Shown here piece by piece: positions 1 to 8,465 of a stretch of DNA of 24,000 nucleotides. Origin of the DNA: Inquilinaceae bacterium (GTDB taxonomy: Bacteria; Pseudomonadota; Alphaproteobacteria; DSM-16000; Inquilinaceae). The number at the start of each line of letters is the position of its first letter. The first letter of the stretch is position 1. The stretch covers positions 3,352,993-3,376,992 of the forward strand of contig OZ252255.1 in the NCBI GenBank assembly GCA_965249875.1, given 5' to 3'. A program made the position numbers and the translations under genes. Under the pieces are notes generated by a model. That model searched no databases. It had not been told where the DNA came from and saw only the letters and a list, made by a program, of their open reading frames with translations.

Positions 1-1
1 G

Positions 2-763
2 GGGCATGTCATCGGCATGAACAGCCGGGCCTCCCGGGCCGGGAAGTACCATCTGGACCCGGATACCAAGGGGATCGGGGTGAATATCCCCGGCACCTTC
101 GCAGAATTTGCCGCCATTCCCGCCTTCAACATAGTTCCCCTGCCCGATTCCATCAGCGACGAGATTGGCGCCCTGCTCGACCCGCTGGGCAATGCGGTGC
201 ATACGGCCCTGGCGTTCGACCTGGTGGGCGAAGACGTGATCGTCACCGGGGCCGGTCCGATCGGGATCATGGGGGCGGCGGTGGCACGGCAAGCCGGGGC
301 GCGGCATGTGGTGATTACCGACATCAATGCCGCGCGGCTGGAACTGGCCGCCAAGGTGGCCGATGTCGTGCCGGTGAACGTCGCCGAGGAGGAGCTACGT
401 CCGGTGATGGACCGGCTGGGCATGCGCGAGGGGTTTGATGTCGGGCTGGAGATGTCCGGCGCGCCCAAGGTGCTGGAACAGATGATCGATCACCTGGTCA
501 TGGGAGGACGGATCGCGCTACTGGGCGTGCCGGCGACCCCGCTGATGTTCGATCTGAGCCGCATCGTCTTTCGCATGATCACTCTGAAGGGGATCTATGG
601 TCGAGAGATGTTCGAGACCTGGCACAAGATGCTGGCGTTGCTGCAAAGCGGGCTGGATGTGAGCGCAGTGATCACCGACCGGTTTCCAGCGGCCGAGTAC
701 GCCAAGGGGTTCGAAACGGCACTCGGCGGGGAGTCCGGCAAGGTGTTGCTGGACTGGAATTAG
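2..763 (+). CDS. tdh: L-threonine 3-dehydrogenase, C-terminal ~253 aa (5' end lies outside the window)
   Basis: The frame is open from the window edge. It is near-colinear by eye with the E. coli Tdh C-terminal two thirds: LDPLGNAVHTALAFDLVGEDV, Rossmann GAGPIG, GFDVGLEMSGAP, KGIYGREMFETW. It ends GKVLLDWN versus GKVILSWD in E. coli. Confidence 0.9.
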   Translation, partial: GHVIGMNSRASRAGKYHLDPDTKGIGVNIPGTFAEFAAIPAFNIVPLPDSISDEIGALLDPLGNAVHTALAFDLVGEDVIVTGAGPIGIMGAAVARQAGARHVVITDINAARLELAAKVADVVPVNVAEEELRPVMDRLGMREGFDVGLEMSGAPKVLEQMIDHLVMGGRIALLGVPATPLMFDLSRIVFRMITLKGIYGREMFETWHKMLALLQSGLDVSAVITDRFPAAEYAKGFETALGGESGKVLLDWN

Positions 764-1938
764 GCCAGCACGCGATCAACCATCAGGCGCTTGTTTTCAG
801 TTGCCAGGATAGGTTGACCTTTGCGGAAGACAGCCTTGATGACGGGGGATTTTTCCGTCGTTTTGAAGGCGATAACGTCCGCGATTTGACCAACCATCAG
901 GCTCCCTCGATCAGCAAGGCCGTGAGAGGCCGCCACATTGGTGGAGATCAGGGACCAGGCCTTGGCGAGATCGCCGCTTGGCGATTTGGCCATGCGGCCG
1001 ACGGCGCCGAGCAAAGCTGGGTAAAAATAGTCCGAGGCCAAGAGCGTGCAGAGGCCAGCCTCAATGGCCGGTTCGGCATCGACGGCGCCGATGTGGCTGC
1101 CGCCGCGCAGGACATTCGGGGCGCCCAGGGCGACATGTTCGCCGGCATTGACGGCATCGGCGGCGGTTTCCTGGGTTAGGGGAAATTCACACAACTGGAT
1201 GCCGAAGGAACGGTGGTGCTGGCGTTCCTGCGGGGTGCGCTCGTCATGGGCCAGGCAGATGACGCCAGCCTCGTTGGCTGCCTTGGCTAGGTGTTCGATG
1301 GCGGCGGGAACGTCGGGGCGGCGTTCGGCGACGCGGTCGATCAGGGAGTTGAAGTCAGCTTCGCTAAGGCCGGCGCGTACGGCCAGCTCGGGGACTTTCC
1401 GCATCCGCTTTTCACCCTGGAGCAGTCCCGTGAAATGGTCGTTGAAGGCTAAGGTCGGCTTGGGGTCGATGTGCAGCCATTCTTCGACTTGGTCGACGAT
1501 GTCCAAGGCATGGGTTTCCCAGCGGAATTGCAGGCGGATATCGGCCAGCAGTTCCGGGCGCAGGCGCTCCAGGGCGTCGATCCAGAGTTTGGTCTTGTCG
1601 GGGCCGCGCAAGCCTGGCTCCCAGGAGATGGTGACGGCCAGATAGGCGGTGGTGATGCCGTTCGCGATGAGCTGGCGATCGGTTTCGATCAGAGCCGTGT
1701 CGATATCGAAAAAGATGCCGGGCCGAGGGGAGAAGTTGCGCTCGAAGCCATCGCCGTGCAGATCGATTATGCCCGGCGCGATGATCAGGCCCGACGCATC
1801 GAAACGGCGGGCACGGGGCGGCGGACGGTCGGATATGTGGCCATCCTCAATGAAGATGTCTTCGGAAACGAGTTGGCCATCCTTTATGCAATGGCCACCG
1901 GTCAGAACCCAGCCACCTGTTGGTTCAATATGGTCCAT
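760..1938 (-). CDS. PhnM-family amidohydrolase (annotated in databases as alpha-D-ribose 1-methylphosphonate 5-triphosphate diphosphatase-like)
   Basis: 392 aa. Motifs match E. coli PhnM by eye: PGIIDLHGDGFER (metal HxD region), LGAPNVLRGGSHIGAV versus MGAPNIVRGGSHSGNV, and LASDYFYPALL versus LSSDYYPASLL. No other phn genes are in the window. Confidence 0.8.
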   Translation of the reverse strand: MDHIEPTGGWVLTGGHCIKDGQLVSEDIFIEDGHISDRPPPRARRFDASGLIIAPGIIDLHGDGFERNFSPRPGIFFDIDTALIETDRQLIANGITTAYLAVTISWEPGLRGPDKTKLWIDALERLRPELLADIRLQFRWETHALDIVDQVEEWLHIDPKPTLAFNDHFTGLLQGEKRMRKVPELAVRAGLSEADFNSLIDRVAERRPDVPAAIEHLAKAANEAGVICLAHDERTPQERQHHRSFGIQLCEFPLTQETAADAVNAGEHVALGAPNVLRGGSHIGAVDAEPAIEAGLCTLLASDYFYPALLGAVGRMAKSPSGDLAKAWSLISTNVAASHGLADRGSLMVGQIADVIAFKTTEKSPVIKAVFRKGQPILATENKRLMVDRVLA

Positions 1939-1973
1939 CGGTCGTCTTTCGATTTAGCGAGCGGGTTGCGGGT

Positions 1974-2732
1974 CTAAAAGCTGAGCGCGCCGCGAGCCAC
2001 AAGAATGAGTCCGGAAAAGCCGAGCAAGGCGATGACGGCGCGGCGGAAGTGGTCTGGCGCCAGTCTTGCGCGTAAATCGCTGCCGAGCCGCACGCCGATG
2101 AAGACGGGCACCAGGCCGAGAACCGACAGCAACGCCGTCTGCCATGTCATAAGGCCAATCTGTGACAGGCCTATGGCCATAGCCAGGCTGGACAGGCTGA
2201 AGGAGATGTTGGTGGCCTGGACCAACCGGTCGGGATCGAGCCGCAGGGCCATCAGGTAGGGCAGGACAGGCATGACCTGCGAGCCGGTCAACCCATTGAT
2301 GGTCCCCGTGGTCAGGCCAACGACGGGGGCCAGCGGGCGTTCCAACTGTTCGGGCAGAACCAGGTTCGACCGGCGCCAGGCGAAGAGACTGTAGGCCGCC
2401 AGCACCAGGCCCAGAACCGCGCCCGCCGTAAGCCCCTCCACCCAGCTCAACAGCATGATGCCGACGCCCACACCAATGACGGCGAGACCGTAAAGCCATG
2501 CGAAACGGCCCAGCATCTCCGCAAAGTGTCCGACGCGCATCATGACCATGGCGTTGCTGGCCATCGAGGGGACGATGAGGAGCGGAAGGGCCTCCTTCAC
2601 CCCGATGGTCAGCGCCAGCATCGGGAGGGCCGTCGTGGAGAAGCCCAAACCAGTCGCGCCCTTGACAAAGGCAGCAAGAAAAAACGCGGTGCCAACAAGG
2701 GCGATGGTGGACGCATCCATGGCGAACTGCAC
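1974..2732 (-). CDS. TauE/SafE (DUF81) family anion/sulfite exporter, multi-pass membrane protein
   Basis: 252 aa and highly hydrophobic, with the typical N-terminus FLAAFVKGATGLGFSTTALPMLAL. It lies 35 bp upstream of the PhnM-like gene on the same strand. The start is ambiguous: GTG at 2732 or ATG at 2720. Confidence 0.8.
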   Translation of the reverse strand: MQFAMDASTIALVGTAFFLAAFVKGATGLGFSTTALPMLALTIGVKEALPLLIVPSMASNAMVMMRVGHFAEMLGRFAWLYGLAVIGVGVGIMLLSWVEGLTAGAVLGLVLAAYSLFAWRRSNLVLPEQLERPLAPVVGLTTGTINGLTGSQVMPVLPYLMALRLDPDRLVQATNISFSLSSLAMAIGLSQIGLMTWQTALLSVLGLVPVFIGVRLGSDLRARLAPDHFRRAVIALLGFSGLILVARGALSF

Positions 2733-2955
2733 TTAATTCGAACCGAAACCGCAGGCGCTCGGTCAAATTCTCCATCACCCAAGCAATGGGAGGGATGGAG
2801 AGGATGATGATCGCGCTTGTCTTGCGCACCGACGACAACCCGCTGCCCACCCCAGCGATCAAGTCTCCGCCAACCAGAGGACTCGACCTGCAATGCAAAG
2901 GTGCTATAGGGCAGGAACAAAAAGTTCAATCCGGCAGGTGGGGCAAAAGAGGTTC

Positions 2956-4008
2956 ATGCAGCAGCAAACGCCACACGGAGTTTTTGCGCTCGTCCGACGA
3001 TCGGCGTTGGCCTGGTCGTGCGGGGCGTCGCTGATCCTCAGCGCTTGCGGACCAGCCCAGATGGACGCCATGGCCGACCTGGAACGGACGGACGCCAATT
3101 GGGCGGGCTCATTCGAGACGCAGGCATTCGCGGCCGGTGACGGCTTTGAGCTGTATGTCCACAGTTGGCCAGAGAAAGTCGACCGTCGAACAAGGGGTAT
3201 CATCATTGCCCTGCACGGGATGAACGACCATGGCGGCCGATTCGCCGAACCCGCCGGCTATTGGGCAGAAAAGGGGTTGCTGACCTATGCCTATGACCAG
3301 CGGGGATTCGGACGCAGCAGAGGCAATGGCCGGTGGCCCGGCGCCGATGTCTTAGCCCAGGATCTGGTTGAGTTTATTGAGCTGGCAACGCGGTCCCATC
3401 CCGGCGTGCCGATCACGCTTTTGGGCGAGAGTCTGGGCGGTGGGGTGGCGCTGGTCGCACAAGCCCGCGAGGATTTTCCGACGGTGGTGAAACGCGCCAT
3501 CTTGGTTGCCCCTGCTGTCGAAGGGCGGGATGCGAAGAGCAACTTCGAAAAGGCAGGGTTGTGGACGGCCTCGCACACCATCCCTGCCCTGCCCATCCCT
3601 ACCGAAGGGGGATTCAAGGGATTGTCGGAGGATGAAGGGCTGATCGAAGAAATCCTGGCTGACCCCGATGTCCGCAAAACCATGCGCGTCGACTCGCTGT
3701 GGGGGCTTGCCGACCTGATGGACGAAGCCGTCGATTCAGCCGATGCGGCGGAGCTGCCGACACTGGTGATCTATGGCGGTGACGACGTTTTGGTAGGAGC
3801 CGATTCGGTGCTGGATATGGTCACCACCCTGGGATCGGAGGAGAAGGAGCTTTGCTATTTCCCCAATTCAGGCCACCTGTTGCTGCACGAAACGCCGCAG
3901 CAAGAGGTCTTGGATGATGGGTCTGCGGACGAACTGGCACTGCCGGTGAAGATTTGGGAAAGCATCGCCCAGTGGCAGCGCTATGGCAGCCGGCGGGAAG
4001 TCTGTTGA
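2956..4008 (+). CDS. Alpha/beta-hydrolase (lysophospholipase / monoacylglycerol-lipase-like), probable lipoprotein
   Basis: Oxyanion-region motif ALHGMNDHGGRF and nucleophile elbow GESLGG (GxSxG). The N-terminus MQQQ...RRSALAWSCGASLILSAC has a lipobox L-S-A-C. An alternative upstream ATG at 2893 would give an unusually long pre-lipobox region. Confidence 0.75.
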   Translation: MQQQTPHGVFALVRRSALAWSCGASLILSACGPAQMDAMADLERTDANWAGSFETQAFAAGDGFELYVHSWPEKVDRRTRGIIIALHGMNDHGGRFAEPAGYWAEKGLLTYAYDQRGFGRSRGNGRWPGADVLAQDLVEFIELATRSHPGVPITLLGESLGGGVALVAQAREDFPTVVKRAILVAPAVEGRDAKSNFEKAGLWTASHTIPALPIPTEGGFKGLSEDEGLIEEILADPDVRKTMRVDSLWGLADLMDEAVDSADAAELPTLVIYGGDDVLVGADSVLDMVTTLGSEEKELCYFPNSGHLLLHETPQQEVLDDGSADELALPVKIWESIAQWQRYGSRREVC

Positions 4009-4022
4009 GCGGCGGTTGGCTT

Positions 4023-4388
4023 CTAAGGCCAATCCCCTTCCCAATAGACCTCGCACTCATACCCATCGGCATCGAGGAACTTGATCGAGCGGAAATTGGG
4101 TTCTGTGCAGTCCTCGGTTAGGGTTAGGTTTTCTTTGAGCAACCGGTCACGTAGCGCGTCGATCCGCGTAGGACTGTCAGCCAGGAAACCATGATGTCCG
4201 CCGTTCTGCCTGGGACCTGACGAACCCTGCACAAAGGCGAGATCCGATCCGGCACTGTCGCGCAAATGGACGGAATTGCCGAGGGTGACGATCTCCCCCT
4301 CCGGGATCAGGTGCCGCTTGTAGAATTCGGCAGCCTCGTACGGTGCCTGTACGACCAGATTGACGTGAACGAGCCTGAACATGGCCAT
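4023..4388 (-). CDS. VOC (glyoxalase/bleomycin-resistance/dioxygenase) family protein
   Basis: 121 aa. The N-terminal FRLVHVNLVVQAPYEAAEFY is typical of the VOC beta-alpha-beta-beta-beta module, and the size is right. An SD-like GAGAGG lies upstream. Confidence 0.65.
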   Translation of the reverse strand: MAMFRLVHVNLVVQAPYEAAEFYKRHLIPEGEIVTLGNSVHLRDSAGSDLAFVQGSSGPRQNGGHHGFLADSPTRIDALRDRLLKENLTLTEDCTEPNFRSIKFLDADGYECEVYWEGDWP

Positions 4389-4400
4389 TTGCCCTGCCTC

Positions 4401-5123
4401 TCAGGATGCCAAGTGTTTCGCCTTCATCCACAAAAACAAGGGAATTCGGCGCCAGCGGTCTGCGCCTGCCCAGGCGCCGCCTTGCGCCGGCCTAGGTTCG
4501 CTTAGGGACGTGACGGCAAGGCCGGCCGATTCGAGTGCGGCAACATAGTTTTCCAACGGCTGCGCCCAACCGGCAAATTGCATGGTAAGCCCGTTGCTGG
4601 TGATCGCATCCGAGAAGCGCTTGCGGCCGAAATACTCACCGTCATGGATGAAGGGTGCGCCGGTCTCAGCATTGGCAAACCGACCGCCGTCGACGAAGGG
4701 GTGAACGATGGACAAAGCCATCGTGCCATCCGGAGCCAGCACGCGCGCCATCTCGGCGACGACGGCGGGAACGTCTTCCACATCCATCAGCACGTTATAG
4801 GCAACAACCAAATCGAAGGTGCCGGCATCGAACGGCATCTTGGCTGCTGATGACTTGACGTAATCGTCCGCGGAGTTTTCGTCTCGGGCAGCGTCGATGA
4901 AACGCTGCACCGGGTCGACGGCCGTGAGGTGATAGCCGCACGCTTTCACGGCACGGGAAACACGCCCTTCCCCGCAACCGACATCGAGCGCCCGCCCCTG
5001 CCCTTGCCCGATGAATTCGATGAGGGATGATCGATAGGCCCAGAACGCATCATGGCCCGGAGTGCGCGCCCAGGCGATCCAATCATCGGCGACGCGGGTC
5101 CAATGGTCGATGTCCTGGGTCAT
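4401..5123 (-). CDS. Class I SAM-dependent methyltransferase
   Basis: Motif I is ALDVGCGEGR. An acidic residue follows beta2 (LTAVDP), and post-I/II motifs are FDLVVAYNVLMDV and LAPDGTMAL. The SD GGAAG sits 5 nt before the ATG. The gene is 12 bp upstream of the VOC gene on the same strand. Confidence 0.8.
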   Translation of the reverse strand: MTQDIDHWTRVADDWIAWARTPGHDAFWAYRSSLIEFIGQGQGRALDVGCGEGRVSRAVKACGYHLTAVDPVQRFIDAARDENSADDYVKSSAAKMPFDAGTFDLVVAYNVLMDVEDVPAVVAEMARVLAPDGTMALSIVHPFVDGGRFANAETGAPFIHDGEYFGRKRFSDAITSNGLTMQFAGWAQPLENYVAALESAGLAVTSLSEPRPAQGGAWAGADRWRRIPLFLWMKAKHLAS

Positions 5124-5250
5124 GGCCGTCTTCCTGCCTGGTTCGCCCGTGGCATGCCGCAGATTGGCTTACGGCAAACACGTGGTGGCAGACCGTGACG
5201 GCCCAGTGAAAATGTGTAAACAAATCTCTGATTGGCGAGAGGAACGGCGG

Positions 5251-6171
5251 TCAGTCCGGCAGTGCGATGAACTCTTCCTCATCGCCGGGCACGATATCGA
5301 AACGGCCGGTCCGCCATTCCTCTTTGGCTTGTTCGATACGCTCGCGCGAGGACGAAACGAAGTTCCACCAGATGAAACGCGGACCGTCCATCGGCTCTCC
5401 ACCAAACAACAGGATGCGCGCGCCACCGTCGGCGGTAATGGCGATCTCGTCACCTGGGTGGAAGACCAGAAGCTGGCCAGCCTCGAAACTGTCGCCGGCG
5501 ATAGTGACCCTGCCATCCGCGATGTAGATCGCTCGCTCCTCGTGCTCCGCCGGCAACGGCAATCTGGTGCCCGGTTCGAGGATTGCGTCGACATAGAACA
5601 TGTCGGACGCTGTCTTGATCGGCGAGGTTTGGCCGTAGAGGGACCCGGCGATGATGCGGGCCTGTTTGCCCTCGCCTTCGATTTGAGGCAGCCCGTCTTT
5701 GTCCTGGTGGAAGAAGCCGGGCGAACTCTCCTCGGCCGTTTTGGGCAAAGCAACCCAGCTTTGGATACCAAACAGGGGACGGCCGGACTGCTGACGCCAG
5801 TCGGCCTCGGTCCGCTCGGAATGGACAATGCCTTTACCGGCCGTCATCCAGTTCACGTCACCCGGTTCGATGGCCAAGGCTGAGCCGAGACTGTCGCGGT
5901 GAAAGATCTTGCCATCAAACAGGTAGGTGATCGTCGCCAAACCGATATGCGGGTGAGGCCGGACATCCAGCCCCTGCCCCGTCAGAAACTCCGCCGGCCC
6001 CATTTGATCCCAAAAGATGAAAGGGCCGACCATGCGGCGCTTGACTGAAGGCAAGGCCCTGCGAACTTCCAGACTGCCGATATCCCGGGTGCGCGGAACG
6101 ATCACCGTCTCGATGGCACGGCAGGATTTTGCGTCCCCTGGAACGGGATCTTTGCTCGCTTGCCAGCTCAT
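5251..6171 (-). CDS. Pirin family (bicupin) protein
   Basis: 306 aa. The N-terminal cupin has a metal-site region RPHPHIGLATITYLFDG..HRDS, then HSE. Length and two-cupin organisation are typical of pirins. Confidence 0.85.
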   Translation of the reverse strand: MSWQASKDPVPGDAKSCRAIETVIVPRTRDIGSLEVRRALPSVKRRMVGPFIFWDQMGPAEFLTGQGLDVRPHPHIGLATITYLFDGKIFHRDSLGSALAIEPGDVNWMTAGKGIVHSERTEADWRQQSGRPLFGIQSWVALPKTAEESSPGFFHQDKDGLPQIEGEGKQARIIAGSLYGQTSPIKTASDMFYVDAILEPGTRLPLPAEHEERAIYIADGRVTIAGDSFEAGQLLVFHPGDEIAITADGGARILLFGGEPMDGPRFIWWNFVSSSRERIEQAKEEWRTGRFDIVPGDEEEFIALPD

Positions 6172-6405
6172 CGGCCCAGTCTTCCCTTCTCGAATTGAAT
6201 ATCGCCAGCCTAGCCCATCATCGCGGCAACTGATCGATCACCACTGATCCTCGAGATAGCGAGAACGGTGTCCTGGACAACCGCCTCTTGCCCCTCCGGA
6301 CCTTTGGCAAGCCTTTCCCGATGACGCAACTTGCCGATATCCGGGTATCAGACATCGATGGCAACTTCCGCGCGTGGCGCAAGGCCGTCTAGGGCGTCAG
6401 GCTGG

Positions 6406-6603
6406 CTAGGTCCGGAACTTCCCGCGCCTGACCTGCTTCCACGCTGTGGGCAAGTCATCCAGTTCCCGCTGTGTCATCCGCCGCAAGTCGGGATGGGCGG
6501 AGGGGTCGACGTAAATGAGGCGGCCGGTTGCGGGTTCGTCGCGCTTCTCAAAGGCCTGAAGCGCGACCAGGCGCCTTAAGAGATGGTGAATATGATTTAG
6601 CAT
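6406..6603 (-). CDS. Hypothetical small protein (65 aa)
   Basis: ATG start. By hand count, third codon positions are mostly G/C, as in neighbouring genes. It is divergent from the LysR gene across a 71-bp AT-rich spacer. I recognise no family. Confidence 0.4.
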   Translation of the reverse strand: MLNHIHHLLRRLVALQAFEKRDEPATGRLIYVDPSAHPDLRRMTQRELDDLPTAWKQVRRGKFRT

Positions 6604-6611
6604 GCCTATAG

Positions 6612-6626
6612 ATATGCGCTCAATAT
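6612..6626. promoter_or_regulatory. Candidate LysR-type T-N11-A dyad (ATAT-N7-ATAT) in the divergent promoter region
   Basis: ATATGCGCTCAATAT contains TATGCGCTCAATA, which is T-N11-A with dyad ends. It lies between the divergent small ORF and the LysR gene. The motif is short and AT-rich, so chance occurrence is plausible. Confidence 0.25.
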
Positions 6627-6674
6627 CGCGGCCGAAAAATTGAGTTTTTCAAAGGGTTGATATAGATTTTCTAA

Positions 6675-7568
6675 ATGAAAAACTTGAACACTCTGCACCT
6701 CAACGGACTGCGCGCCGTTGAGGCCGTCGGGCGGCTGGGCAGCCTGCGCGCGGCGGCGGATGAGCTGAGCGTTACCGTTGGCGCCGTGAGCCAACAGGTA
6801 CAGAAAACCGAAACACAGCTCGGTAAGCCCCTGTTCATCAGGGACCCCAAGGGCCTAAGGCTGACCGCGCTGGGCGAGGATGTCTTGGTTCGCCTGACGG
6901 CTGGCATGGCTGAGTTGTCGGCGGGCGTCGCGCTGGCCCGGAACGAGGGAGAGACTGTGCTGACCGTTTCGACGGCGCCGGTTTTTGCCGGAAAATGGCT
7001 GGTCTGGCGGCTAAATCGATTTCACGAGGCGCATCCGAACATCAGCATCCGGATCGATGCAAATTCCCATATGGTCGATCCCGATCTTTCGGACGTCGAC
7101 GTTTGCATCCGGGTTGGGCAAGGCGGCTGGCGCGATGTGAAAGCGGACAAAATCCTCGACCACAAGGTGTTTCCTGTCTGCAGCCCGGGGACTGCCGAAA
7201 CGCTGAGCGACCCTGGTGACATGGCAAAGGTGCCCATTATCAGAGATCCGCTGGCCATGTTCGGCTGGGATAGTTGGCTCAGGCCCAACGGGTTAAACGA
7301 CGACATCCTGGGCGATGGACCGGTCTATTCGGATGCATCGATGTGCCTGGACGCTGCCATTGCCGGCCAGGGTATTTTTCTGGCTTGGGAGACTTTGGCC
7401 AACGATGCCATCCGCATGGGCCGTTTGGTCGCCCCTTTTCCCGGACGCCATTTGACTGGCTTGTCCTACTGGTTCGTCACCGGTCGGCGAGCCGAACGGA
7501 CGCGGAAAGTCCGGGCCTTTAGGGCCTGGCTTGAACAGGAACTGACTGCCTCGATCGAGCGTGATTGA
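6675..7568 (+). CDS. LysR family transcriptional regulator (GcvA-like subgroup)
   Basis: The N-terminal wHTH is LNGLRAVEAVGRLGSLRAAADELSVTVGAVSQQVQKTETQLGKPLF. The C-terminal substrate-binding domain has the typical ~200 aa length. Confidence 0.9.
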   Translation: MKNLNTLHLNGLRAVEAVGRLGSLRAAADELSVTVGAVSQQVQKTETQLGKPLFIRDPKGLRLTALGEDVLVRLTAGMAELSAGVALARNEGETVLTVSTAPVFAGKWLVWRLNRFHEAHPNISIRIDANSHMVDPDLSDVDVCIRVGQGGWRDVKADKILDHKVFPVCSPGTAETLSDPGDMAKVPIIRDPLAMFGWDSWLRPNGLNDDILGDGPVYSDASMCLDAAIAGQGIFLAWETLANDAIRMGRLVAPFPGRHLTGLSYWFVTGRRAERTRKVRAFRAWLEQELTASIERD

Positions 7569-7599
7569 GCTTGTGCGGTTGCCCGATCACAATGAACCG

Positions 7600-8037
7600 A
7601 TGACAAATGCCATAATTAGGCGCGCCAGGGCCGAGGACGCTATTGCGTTGGCCCGCTGTATCGATGCCGCCTATGCCATATACGTTGGACGGGTTCCGGA
7701 TCTGCCGGCCGTGTCCAAAGGAATTGCCGAGGACATCGAAACCCATCTGGTGTGGGTGGCGGACATCGATGGTGAGATTGCCGGCGGGCTGGTTTTGGTG
7801 GCGCAGGACAACCACGCTCAGCTCGCCAACATTGCCGTGGATCCGACTCGGACAGGCCTTGGCTTGGGACGGGCCTTGATCGGCCAAGCGGAAATGGCCT
7901 GTCGGGAGCTGGGCTTGCCCGAACTTCGCCTGGCCACCCACGTCGATATGCCGGAAAATGTCGCGCTGTATGCCCACCTTGGTTGGCAGGAAACCGAGCG
8001 ACGCGGCAACAAAGTTCTGATGGCCAAGCGGCTCTGA
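7600..8037 (+). CDS. GNAT family N-acetyltransferase
   Basis: IRRARAEDA start strand. The acetyl-CoA motif A region is IAVDPTRTGLGLGRALI (Q/RxxGxG/A). The start is uncertain; an in-frame GTG at 7561 overlaps the LysR stop. Confidence 0.75.
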   Translation: MTNAIIRRARAEDAIALARCIDAAYAIYVGRVPDLPAVSKGIAEDIETHLVWVADIDGEIAGGLVLVAQDNHAQLANIAVDPTRTGLGLGRALIGQAEMACRELGLPELRLATHVDMPENVALYAHLGWQETERRGNKVLMAKRL

Positions 8038-8045
8038 GAGGACGC

Positions 8046-8465
8046 CTATTCGGGGTAGGCGCCGTACCCGGACAAGACCAATGTCTGGCCGGACGAAAGG
8101 CTGTCAAAGTCACTGCGTGAGATCACCCAAACCGGCGTGGAGGTTCCATAAAGATGATCGGCAACTTGCGCACCAATGGTGATGTTGACGTCCGGTCCGG
8201 GAAGCAGAATCGACAGGGGACCCGCGCCGGTGCGCATCGCCTCCGCCAAGCCGGCTGGCGTTCCGGCCGACCCGCGAGAACCGGGTAAGGCAAGGATCCT
8301 GCCAGCGATTTGCTGACCCGCTTGGGGATGATTGCGATCGAGAACGCGGCCGTCCGTTGGATCGAAGCCGCCCCAAAAACTGAGCGGCTCGTCGAGCTTT
8401 AACAGTGGGCCATGCGCGGTTCCCGGATTGAGAACGGTAAGCGCCTGGAAGGATGGGGCAGTCAT
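8046..8465 (-). CDS. Aconitase X swivel-domain subunit (DUF126, AcnX small subunit)
   Basis: 139 aa. PLSFWGGFDP..G and ILALPGSRGSAGTPAGLAEA are typical of DUF126. Its start overlaps the stop of the upstream DUF521 gene (8462-8465), which suggests translational coupling. Confidence 0.8.
   Translation of the reverse strand: MTAPSFQALTVLNPGTAHGPLLKLDEPLSFWGGFDPTDGRVLDRNHPQAGQQIAGRILALPGSRGSAGTPAGLAEAMRTGAGPLSILLPGPDVNITIGAQVADHLYGTSTPVWVISRSDFDSLSSGQTLVLSGYGAYPE

Noticed and set aside
760-763. Convergent genes share overlapping stop codons. tdh and the PhnM-like gene overlap at 760-763 (TTAG). trxA and the XRE regulator overlap at 10943-10946 (CTAG).
   Set aside because: The overlaps are real in the sequence, but they are a common consequence of compact genomes. 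No hairpin or other structure is associated with them. I see no functional implication beyond the lack of room for terminators.
6331-6579. A plus-strand 82-aa ORF overlaps the 65-aa minus-strand ORF.
   Set aside because: Its translation is Gly/Pro/Ala/Arg-rich and shadow-like. The minus-strand ORF has an ATG start, a sensible composition, and the classic divergent position relative to the LysR gene.
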